Assembly (NCBI GenBank): GCA_050949565.1
Contig: JBMNFY010000001.1
Coordinates: 226,033-290,032 of the forward strand
Reading direction: 5' to 3'
Source: Kiritimatiellia bacterium
Lineage (GTDB): Bacteria; Verrucomicrobiota; Kiritimatiellia; RFP12; UBA1067
Length of the DNA: 64,000 nt
Both the position numbers and the translations under genes were made by a program. Below are positions 52,701 through 63,506 of this stretch, in pieces. Under the pieces are notes generated by a model. That model was not told the origin of the DNA. It was given only the letters and a program-made list of their open reading frames with translations, and searched no databases. Positions within the stretch are counted from its first letter, which is position 1. Each line of letters opens with the position of its first letter.

Positions 52701-55700
52701 ACATCGCGAATTGCAAGAGCGGCATCAACATCCAGTATGCCTATGGTGCCGGGTTGATCCTGCAAAACACCGACATCAGCGTGGTGGCGCAGGGGGCGGC
52801 CAACGACACCTACTGCGTGCGCTTCGGCAGCGCGAGCGGCTCGGCGCAGAACCTGAGCATCACGGGCAGCATCTTCACGGTTGATCCCAATGACTTCACG
52901 CCTGAGGCTGGCACCTATCATCAGGCCATCATCGTGCGCGCGGCCGCGTCGGGCACGCTGGCCATCACTCAGTCCAGCATCCAGGGCGGGGTGGTCAACC
53001 AGTCCGCAACGCCGCTCACTGCGGAGAACAACTGGTGGGGCAACCAGACCGGTCCGGCCAACACGGCGAATCCGGGCGGCCTTGGCGTTGCGGTCAGTGG
53101 CACCGTCGACTTCAGCCCGTGGCTGGGTGACGGCACGGACACGCAGCCGGAGGTCATCGGCTTCCAGCCGAACCTGACGCCGGTCTACTATCTGCCGACG
53201 TCGCTGGCCTTCACGCAGCAGCCGGGCGGCGCAGATCTGGGCGCGGCGTTGAATCCGCAGCCAATCGTCGCGGTCTATGACGAGATCGGCCAGATCGCCA
53301 CGCAGTTCGCCGGCGACGGTGACGCTCGCGATCGGCTCGCAGCCGGGCAGCGGCGTGCTGACCGGCACGCTGACGAAGCCCTGCGTGGACGGGCGAGGTC
53401 TCCTTCGCCGACCTGGCGGTCACGCTCGACGGCGGCACGTGGCTTCACGCTGGCGGCCTCGGCGGCCTCGCCGATCGCGGGCGCGACGAGCGCGGCCTTC
53501 GACATCGCCAATCCCGCGCCGGTGCTCGACGCGATGGACCCGATCTTCGCGGCGGCGGGCAGCGGCGACCTGACGCTGACCCTCAGCGGCTCGGCCTTCG
53601 TCGGCTCGTCGGCCGTGAAGTGGGGCGCGGCCGAGACCGTGCTCGTGCCCGCCTCCGTTACAGCTGATTCCATGACGGTCACGGTGCCGGCGGCGCTGCT
53701 GACGACGGCCGGCACGGCCGCGGTGAAGGTCTTCTCGCCGGCCGAGGGCGGCGGAACCAGTTCGGATCTGACCTTCACGATCACCGCGACGGCTCTGGCG
53801 CCAGAAGTCTGGGTCGATGACGACTGGACCGGCCCGGCCAACTGCGGCGTTGGCCACGTCTGGGGCTACGATGCCTTCGCAACGGTTCAAGGGGGTCTAG
53901 ACGGCGCGGCTGCCGGCGCGACGGTGAGCGTGGCATCCGGGCTCTACACGGAAGACATCAAGATCAATCGTCACGTCACGCTGCTTGGCCCCAAGGCGGA
54001 TGCTGCGCGCAACACCGGTAGTGCGACCGACTGGACCTCTGCGACGACGGCCGGGTGGACGGCGGATGATGCCGAAGCGGCCGGCGAGGCGGTCATCCGG
54101 TCCGCCGCGGTTGTTGCCGATGGTGTCGTGGACATCGCCGAGGACTGCCATGCCACCATCAAGGGATTTGTCGTTGAAGCGCGCAACCGCACCGACAGTG
54201 CCAATGCGCACCTGATCTATGCCGACGCCAAGAACACCACCCTGCAGACGATCACAATCGAAAACAACATCATCGGCCCTGTCACCGGCGCTGGCCAGGA
54301 TGGCAGCAAGGGCCGCTTCGGCATTTCGTTCAACTCGCAAAGCTCCGGCAATAACGGGCTGGCTGGCGTCGTCCGAGGCAATAAGATCCTGGGGGCCGAA
54401 GGCAATGGCGCCAACCTGTTCATCATCGGGCAGCACTACAACCCGTCGATGGCCGACTATAGCGGCATGCTGATCGAGAGCAACGACGTCTACGGCGCCA
54501 ACCGTTCGGGTATCGAAATTGCCGGCGGCGTGCGTGGCCTGACGATTCGCGACAACTGGATCGCCTACAACGGTTACATCTGGAACGGATCGGCCTACGT
54601 GCAGTCGGCCAAGTCGCAGGCAACTCCCGACAACATCCTCTACGGTGCTGGCGTCAACCTGATCCGCACCGGGACGATATGCGGCAACTACACGCCCGAA
54701 AACCAGAATGCCATTGAGAATCTGGTATTGAGCGGTAACACGATCACCAAGAACGAGAAGAGCGGTGTCTACGTCGACGCGCAGCAGCGCAATCTGAGTA
54801 TTCTTGGCAACGAGATAACCGATAACGGGCGCGATGGCATCTGGCTCGACGAGTATGGTACCTATAACAAATCCAAGACCCACCACGCGGCCTACGGGTA
54901 CATTCAGAACGCGGTGGTCAACGGTAACCGCATCACGGGTGCCGTCGGTGCTTACGCCGCCATCCGTGTGGTGGGCAAACCGCTCAATCTTTCGATCTCC
55001 GACAACGACCTGTCAGGCAATGCTGTCAGCGTCGTGCAGAACGATGGCGCCGGCCAGTCGTGGGATTACATCGCGAATGCCTCCGGCAACTGGTGGGGAA
55101 CCGCAGATGCGGCCACCGTGGCGGCTTTGGTCTCCGGCGATGTCGACTACAGCCCCTGGCTGGCAGACGGCACGGACACGGACGGCGGCGCCCTCGGCTT
55201 CAAGGGTGACTTCTCGGCCCTGTACGTGGACGATGGCAGTGCTCAGGCCGACACGGTCGGAGGTATTCAGGAGGGTATCGATCTGGTCACGGAGGGTGGC
55301 ACGGTCAATGTCGTGGCGGGGACCTACAACGAAAACGTCGCGCTGGACAAACCGTTGACGCTTGCCGGTCCGGCGGCGGGTGAGAAGCCCCTGCTGGTCG
55401 GCATGCTCACGGGGACCTACACGGGCGGTTTGTCGATGCGCATCGAGAACATCGACTTCAAGGTCAACGCCACCGACAAGAACAACCTGAAGTTCGACCG
55501 GGGTCAAGAACCTGACGGTCAAGGGATGCGACTTCGACGCCGACGAGCGCTTCATGACCCTGCCGCAAGTCGTGGCGGTCCAGTTGGACGGCGCCTGCCA
55601 GAACATCACGCTCGATGCCTGCACCTTCCACGACGGGTACTACGTCACGATCCAGAGCGCGAGCAGCGTGGACAACCTGCTGGTCAAGGACTGCCTCATC

Positions 55701-58700
55701 GACGACTGCAAGAGCGGCATCAACATCCAGTATGCCTCCGGCGCGGGCTTGACCGTGACCAACAGCGAAATCAACGTGGTGGCGCAGGGCGCGGTCAACG
55801 ACACCTACTGCGTACGCTTTGGCAGCAAGAGCGGCTTGGCGCAGAGCCTGAACATCGCGGGCGGCGTCTTCACCGTTGATCGGAACGGACTGACGCCCGA
55901 CGCAGGCACCTATTTCAATGCCGTCATTGTACGCGCGGCGGCTTCGGGCACGCTGGCCCTCTCGCAGTCGAGCATCCAGGGCGGGGTGGTCAACCTGTCC
56001 GAAACGCCGCTCACAGCCGAGAACAACTGGTTCGGCAGCGTGACCGGGCCCACGAGCACCCTGAACGCGGGCGGCACCGGCGACGCAGTGATCGGTAGCG
56101 TCGACTTCAGCCCGTGGCTGGGTGACGGGACGGACACGCAGCCGGAGATCATCGGCTTCCAGCCGAACCTGACGCCGGTCTACTACCTGCCGGCCGGGAT
56201 CTGGTTCAGCACCGAGCCCGCGGGCGCGCTGCTGGGCGCGCCGCTGGGCACGCAGCCGGTCATCACGGTGACGAACGAGATCGGCGAAGTCGCAACGCAG
56301 TTCAACGGCAGCGTCACGCTGGCGATCGGGAACAACCCCGGCGAGCCGGTAGCGGGCGAACTGTCCGGCACGGTCACATTGCCGGTTGCCAACGGCGTGG
56401 CCGCCTTCAGCGATCTCGCGATCATCAAGGGCACCGGCAACGGCTACACGTTGGTCGCTTCGACCGAGGGCCTGCCCGCAGTGACGAGTGCGGCCTTCGA
56501 CATCGAGAACAGCGCGCCGGTGCTGGCCCCGATCGGCAATCAGACGGTTGATGAGGAAGCCTTGTTGACCTTCCCGGCCACGGCTACCGATACGGCGGCT
56601 GATCTCGTCGCACAGACGCTGACCTTCAGCTTGAGCGGCGAGGTCCCGGAGGGTGCGTCAATCACGACGAACGGTGTCTTCACCTGGACGCCGACCGAGG
56701 AGCAGGGCGGTGCGAACTATACCTTTACGGTGGTCGTGACCGATAACGGCACCGGTAGGCTCTCCGACAGCGAAACGATCACTATCACGGTGAACGAAGT
56801 CAACGTGGCGCCGACGCTTCAGGGGGTTCCTACCACACAGTTGTCCGTCGACGAGCAGCCTGCTGAGGCACTGACCTTCACGGCGACGGCGACCGATCAG
56901 GACCGTCCGGCGCAGACGCTGACCTTCAGCCTGGTGGTTGTCGAGGGTGAAAATTACCCGACGGGTGCTGAAATCGTGACCACGAGCACTGGTGTCGGCA
57001 CGGCCGAAGGCGCTTTCTCTTGGGAACCGACCGAGGAGCAGGGCGGCATGACTTACGTCGTGGATGTGGTGGTGACTGATGACGGCATCCCGGCCGCCTT
57101 GGCGACTACGCAACGGGTGACGATCGTGGTCAACGAGGTCAACGTCGCACCGGAGTTGGCGCCGATCCCGCCGCAGAGCGTGAACTTCGGCCAGACGCTG
57201 ACCTTCACGGCTGACGCCACGGATCAGGATCTGCCCGCGCAGACGCTGACCTACACCATGACCGGCGGCCCGGAGGGCGCTACGTTGGATTCGTCCACGG
57301 GCGTCTTCACCTGGACACCGACCGAGGAGCAGGCAAAGGCGAACTACAGCTTCACCATCACGGTGACGGACAGCGGTGATCCGGTGCTGTCTGACGAGCA
57401 AACCGTCACGATCGGCGCGATCTCGGCGGCGCACTCCTGCCCGGGCTACTGGTCGCCTTCCACCAGCATGGTGGTGAGCAACACCTTCGCCTTCGGAGGG
57501 ACGCCGGACGGGCTTGACCTGGACGCCGGTCCTGCCGGACGCGGGCTGGGTCATCACTGCGGCCGACGCCGGCGGTAATGGCGCGGTGGCGGTGACCAAC
57601 GATGGCACGGCGGTTGCCTTCACGACGCTGCCGACCGCGAGCCCCGTGGTCTTCACCTACACAGTGAGCGTGCCCGGCAATCAGGCGGTGAGCAACAGCC
57701 TCGGCGCGGTGGTGAGCTTCAACGGTCTCGCGGCCGAGGTGGCGCCTATCGCGATCTTCCGCTACCACAGCGCGGACTATCGCCGCGACCTGTCCGGCGA
57801 GACCGCCGGCCAGTTCCGCAAGATCGATAGCACCGAAATCAACCGTGTGCTCTCCTACTGGCGTCTCGGCTACAAGCCGGATGCGGCCGGCTACGACGGC
57901 TTCAGCGCCGCGTCGGGGTATACGGGCACTGAGACGGCGCACCACAGCGCGGACGTTAATAAAAACTGGGCGATTAGCTTGGGCGAACTGTTGCCCGTAC
58001 AGAACTACTGGCGCAGTGGCGGGTATCACGTGGACCTGACAACGGCTGACGGTTACGCCGCAGACCGTGCGGGAATCGGCCCCAGCCTGTTCGCGCTGGC
58101 CGGCATCCCCGTAGCCGGGCAGACGGCACCGTCCGGCTACAACCCGGGCGAGACGCTGCAGGTGACCTATACGTTCGATCCCGCTGGTGCGTCGCTGAAG
58201 GCCCTGGGATGGGAGTTGGATCTGCCCGACGGCTGGGTGATCGAAAGCGTCAGCGGTGACGCTAAGCCGACGTTCGCGCGTAACGAAATCAACTGCACCG
58301 CCGCAGTGCTGCCGGCATCTACCGTTACGGTCACGCTCACGCTGCGTGTGCCGCTGACAGAGATCCGCACGGTGACGCTGGGTGGCACGGCCCTGGTGAT
58401 CACCGACGGTAATAATGCTGTCGATAGCTACGCGATGGAGGCCGCTGCTCTCGCGCCGGTGGACGAAGACAATAACGGCATGGCCGATTCTTGGGAGCGC
58501 GCCTTTGCGGGCGACGCCGGGACACTGGATCCCGCCGCCGATCTGGACGGCGACACCATGAGCAACCTGAACGAGTATCTCTGCGGCACGCTGCCGAACG
58601 ATGCGGAGTCGGTGCTCAAGATGGTGGCGGTGCAGACGTCGGCCGACGGGGCGATGCAGGTTTCGTGGGCGAGCGTGGCCGGTCGTACCTACACGCTGCA

Positions 58701-58845
58701 ACGTGCGGACGGTTCTCCTGCCGCAGCTAACTTCAAGGCAATCCAGACCGGCATCGCAGCCGATCCGTCTGGGCGTAATGTCTACATCGATCGTGACGCG
58801 GATGGCTCGCAGGCGCGGTTCTACCGTGTGGTGCTGGAAGATTGA
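43724..58845 (+). CDS. Giant (~5,000 aa) secreted modular protein: GLUG domain, ~10 beta-helix modules, Ig/cadherin-like repeats, shared module + dockerin-like duplet, Ca-binding repeats, RFYRV terminal domain
   Basis: ORFs 43724, 45156, 45872, 55554 and 57514 join into continuous domain text across indels near 45222, 45920, 53315/53392/53440, 55495 and 57507; the joins are supported by internal paralogous repeats. Confidence 0.8.
47460..56190 (+). repeat. Three highly similar internal module copies (~47460-48070, ~52360-53190, ~55345-56190)
   Basis: KPL.VGM.T...RIEN.DF.VNATDK.NLKL.GVKNLTVKGCDFDAD three times; about 140 bp identical at 47809-47947 and 52708-52846. Confidence 0.9.
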
Positions 58846-58863
58846 ACTGAACTTTCGTCCGGT

Positions 58864-58897
58864 GTCCGGCTGCGGCGGGTCTCGCCGACAGCCGGAC
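58864..58897 (+). promoter_or_regulatory. Intergenic stem-loop without a U-tract, abutting the SD of the next gene
   Basis: GTCCGGCTG-CGGCG-GGTCT-CGCCG-A-CAGCCGGAC followed immediately by GGAGGA. Confidence 0.55.
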
Positions 58898-58910
58898 GGA
58901 GGACCGACTT

Positions 58911-61900
58911 ATGAGGTACACAACGAAGGTTTTTTGGCTGGGACGGGCACTTGTGCTCGCGGCCGCCGTCGTGCTGGTGACAGCCGGGCCGGCCGTCGCA
59001 CAGACCGCCGAGGTCCAGCCGTTGCAATCGTCCACGAACTATACGGCTGGAGCGGCGCTGACGGTGAGGTGCGAAATCACCTTCCCCGCCGGACGCCAGG
59101 TGCTCTCGCTACTCTGGACGCCGAGTTTGCCCGACGGCTGGACGCTGGCGGGAACGGCGACGGGGGATGGTGAGCCTGAGGTCGATCCAGACGGTCTCGC
59201 CATCGTGTTCACCGCGGAGAATTTGTCAGTCAACAATCCGTTTGTATTCCACTACACGGTCAACGTACCCGCCGGCGAGTCCGGCGCACGCATCCTGTCT
59301 GGTGTGGCGGAATACCAACTGGACGGCATGGCCAATCCCGTGCTGTCCAGTTCTTCCCCGCCGCTGGTGCTGACTGATGTCAGCGCGTCGCATGCGGCGA
59401 TCGGCTACATCGCCGGGACGCCTCTGACGGTGACGTGCAGCTTCGTGCGGCCTGCGGGTGTCGCGCTCTACTCGCTGTTGTGGCGACCGGTGTTCCCGTC
59501 TGCTGATTGGCAGCTTGTGTCCGGTACCGAGGCGGTTTCGGGCGACGGCGGCCCTGAGGTTGATCCCGACGGTCAGGCAATCGTCTTTATGGGAGATCTG
59601 TCAAGTACGATCCTGACTTTTTCCTATACGGTGCTGGTGCCGGAAGGGACAACGGGACCGCAGATGATTGACAGCGTGATCGAGTATCAATTGGACGGGA
59701 TGGCGAATCCGGTGGAAACAAGTGCCGAGCCCGATCCGCTGATACTTCTGCCGATGCACACGCTGGAGATTATATCGCCGCACGGGACGGGACAGCCCGG
59801 CGTCGGTGTCACCACGAATTACTACGGCACACTGCTGACCAACCGCATGGATGCGGTGGTGACGGATGGCGCGTTCCAGTATGGTTGCGCTGGCTGGCTG
59901 ATGACGGGTAATGAGCCTGTAGCCGGAATCGGCAATGAGTGCCTGCTCACGCTGACCAACCACGCCGTATTGACGTGGGTGTGGGCTGCGCCTGAGGTCG
60001 GCGCCCGCACGGTTAATGAGATGGAGACGCTGGACTTTCAGGCGGGCGTGACCTATTCTCAGGAGGCGTTCCAGCCGCGCAACGTAACATACACGCTGGA
60101 CGCGGGCTCGCTGGCCGCCGGGATGACGATCACTGCGGACGGTGCCTTCTCATGGACGCCGAGCGAAGAACAGGGCGGCCAGAGCTATGAGGTCACGGTC
60201 ACCATCACCGCTTCGGAGACAGGCAATCAGGCGTTCAGCGCTTCCGAGACGTTTACGATTGAGGTGGCCGAGATCAACCGTGCGCCGACGCTGGGAGAGT
60301 TGAGCGATCAGGTGGCCGATGCGCAGTCGACGCTGACCTTCACCGCTACGGCGACGGATCCAGATATCCCTGCGCAAACACTGAGCTTCTCTCTCGACGA
60401 AGCATCGCTGGCGCTGGGCATGGCGATTGACGCGACGACCGGTGTCTTTACGTTGGTCGCCGACCGCCGAGCAGGCCGGGGCGGGCCAATCTTACACGGT
60501 CTCGATCACGGTGACGGATGATGGCGCGCAGCCTCCGGCGTTGTCTGACACGAAAAGCTTTACGATTGGGGTAGTGGATTCACGCGGCGAGCATGCATCG
60601 GAAGGGTATCTGCAAGGGCGCACCGCCCGTATCGACTGCACGTTCGCGCATCCAGCGGGCAAGTCCTTGATCGCCCTGCTGTGGCGGCCGATCCTGCCCA
60701 CCGGATGGAGTTTGCACAGCGTGGCTGGCCAAGCGTCGCCGGAGATTGACGCTGGTGACGGCACGATCGTTTTCCTAGGCTCAAGCGCAGATCTGAACAC
60801 GCCCAATCCGCTGGTCTTTAGTTACTGGGTCAATGTACCGGCTGGAGTGACCGGTCCGCAGACCATCCGGGCCGAGGCCGAGTATCAGACCGCCGGTATG
60901 GTCAATCCATTGACGATTACGATCTTCCCTGACCCGCTCCCACTCCCGGAGTTGCATACGTTTGAAGTGATCTCAGCCGAAGCACACTGCGACCCCGCGC
61001 CGGGCATCTATACCAATGTGCACGGCACAGCGCTGTCGGCTTCGGTAACCGCGCCATTTACGGAAGGGACGCGCACCTTCGCCTGCACGGGCTGGACGCT
61101 CAGCGGCAGCGATCCCGCCGCCGGCACGACGCATGAGGTCGCCTTTGACTTGAATCAAGATGCGGTCTTGACTTGGCAGTGGGTCGCGCCGTTGATCACG
61201 CCGGAAGGCAGCGTGACCGTGACGATGGATGAAGACGGCGATCCGACCGCGTGGCAGCCCCCGGCTGGACTCACCGCCAGCGAGCCGTACCGGCCCTCGC
61301 TGGAGGAAAGCCTAGAGTGGACGCTGAAAACGGCACCGGCGAACGGCACGGCCACCGTGAGCGGCACAGGAACCACGCCCACGATCTCCTACGCGCCTGC
61401 GGCGGACTGGTCGGGCAATGATGCGTTTGTGGTTCAGGTGGCGGACGGTCTGGGCGGTTTCGATACTGTGACCGTGAACGTGACGGTCAAACCGGTCAAT
61501 GACGCGCCGGTGCTGGCGCCGATCGGGGATCAGCGCACCGATATCTTCACGCCGCTGATCTTCACGGCGACAGCGACGGACAAGGAAAACGACACCTTGA
61601 CCTTCTCGCTCGATCAAGCCTCCATCGACGCCGGCATGCGGATCGATCCTGTGAGCGGAGTGTTTGAGTGGACGCCCACGGTCGAGCAGGCTGGCGCGGC
61701 GTTTGCCGAGTTCAGCGTGACGGTGACAGTGACCGACGATGGGACCGCGCCCGACAATCAATCGGACAGCGAGACCTTTACGATCACGCTCGACTCCTCG
61801 CGCGCCACGCATGCGGTCAGCGGCTACGTGGCCGGCCAGACGATGACGGTCGAGTGTACGTTCGCATATCCTACCGAGGGGCGGCAATTGTTGTCGCTGT

Positions 61901-63453
61901 TGTGGCGTCCTGAGTTGCCCGACGGCTGGAAGGTTGGCGCGGCATCCGGTGACGGCCAGCCGATTTACGAGTCCTCGGACGGAGCGGTGGTGTTCTTTGG
62001 GGACTTGCAGGCCAATCCCGTCGTCTTCCAGTACGTGGTCCAGGTGCCCGAGAACGTGCAGGGCACCAACGCGATCGGCGGCCTGATTGAGTACCAACTC
62101 AGCGGCATGGTCAATCCGTCGACCGTGCGCGCGCAGCCTGATCCGTTGCCGGTGCCGATGCTGTTGACGTTGCCCGAGCTTGTGGTTTCGGACAAGGCGT
62201 ACGATGGCCTCACAAACGCGACGGTGTCCACATACGGAGCGTTGAGCGGGCTGATGGACGGTCACACAGATGTTTCACTGGTGACAACCTCTTCGGTCGC
62301 CTTCTTCGACACCCCGGAGGTCGGGCAAGAGAAGCGCGTGGTGGTTTACGGATTGGCGCTCGAGGGTGCGGACGCATCGTGGTATGCGATCAGCACACAG
62401 GTGGTTGCCGCGGCCATTACGCAAGCGGTAGTGACAGTCGGTGGCTCATTTACGGTGGCTGAAAAGGTGTACGACGGTACGACGGCTGCGACGATCGACG
62501 TTAACGAACTGACCCTGCTGACGCCGGTGGCGGGCGATGACGTGACACTGAATGCGGTGGCGGCTTTCGACAGCGCGGACGTCGGCGAGGGCAAGCCGGT
62601 CACGTTGACCGACGCATCGACGCTGACAGGCGCAGATGCGGGGAACTATATCCTATCCCTTGAAGGAGCGCCAACGACGACAGGTAGTATCGTTTTCCCG
62701 GAGGTCACTGCTACGCAGGTGTGTCTCATCCACTACAAGTCGCCTTCGCTGGGACTGTGCACCATCAGCAACAGCCTCGCGTATCCTACCGGAGACGCTC
62801 TGGTGTCGCTGACTTGGCGCCCGGTTCTGCCTTCAGGGTGGACTGTTTATTCCGTGACCGGTGGCGGCTCGCCCGCTACCGACGGCACCAACATCGTCTT
62901 CACCGGTGTAGCGTCGGCCCCGAATCCGCTGGTCTTCACTTACACGCTGAGCGTCCCCGGCGGGGCGTCCATCACAAACGAACTGGACGCTAATTTGACT
63001 TTCCACCTTGCCAGCACGGGGGGGGGCGTGCTGACGTTGCCTGCGCAACCCCAATTGTTGCTGAAACGTTACCACAGTGCGGACTATCAGACGATCAGGA
63101 GGCCGCCGTTGCCGCCGCTTATGGTTCCGGATGGAAAGATTGATTCTATTGAAATGCAGCGAGTTTTGTTGTATTGGAGTACAGGCGCGGGTGAGTACCA
63201 CGTTGCCGAAGTAACACCTGATACGCCAGACGGCTTCAATATCGGGTCTAGCGGAACCAATCCTTGGTTCCACGATGCGGATTATCAGACGATCAGGCGG
63301 CCGCCATTGCCGCCGCTTATGGTTCCGGACGGGAAGATTGATTCTGTTGAAATGCAGCGAGTTTTGTTGTATTGGAGCACAGGCACGGGCGAGTACCATG
63401 TTTTCGGAGTGACAACTGATACCCCCGACGGTTATAATGTGGGGCCTGAGTAA
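58911..63453 (+). CDS. Secreted scaffold-like protein (~1,510 aa): five copies of the shared module, cadherin/He_PIG-like, Big_9-like and YDG-like domains, C-terminal dockerin-like duplet
   Basis: ORFs 58911 and 60427 join by removing one T near 60453, giving GVFTWSPTAEQ, which matches sister repeats; signal peptide and SD GGAGGA. Confidence 0.8.
63070..63450 (+). repeat. Near-identical 198-bp (66-codon) duplication encoding the dockerin-like module
   Basis: H.ADYQTIRRPPLPPLMVPDGKIDS(I/V)EMQRVLLYWSTG.GEYHV...DTPDG twice; differences are mostly synonymous. Confidence 0.9.
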
Positions 63454-63506
63454 CTGAGAGTACAAATGTCCTTCTTAACAGTCTTTGGATACTAAGGAGC
63501 AACAAG

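Noticed and set aside
45215-60460. Programmed frameshifting or phase variation in the giant genes
   Set aside because: Indels are numerous, mostly outside long slippery runs, and insertion-biased, so error is more parsimonious
44108-62265. Long minus-strand ORFs (e.g. 51548-53368, 57406-58701)
   Set aside because: Typical antisense frames of GC-rich genes with no recognisable motifs
63070-63450. DGR template/variable repeat pair
   Set aside because: Differences are not adenine-specific, are mostly synonymous, and both copies are in frame; no reverse transcriptase in the window
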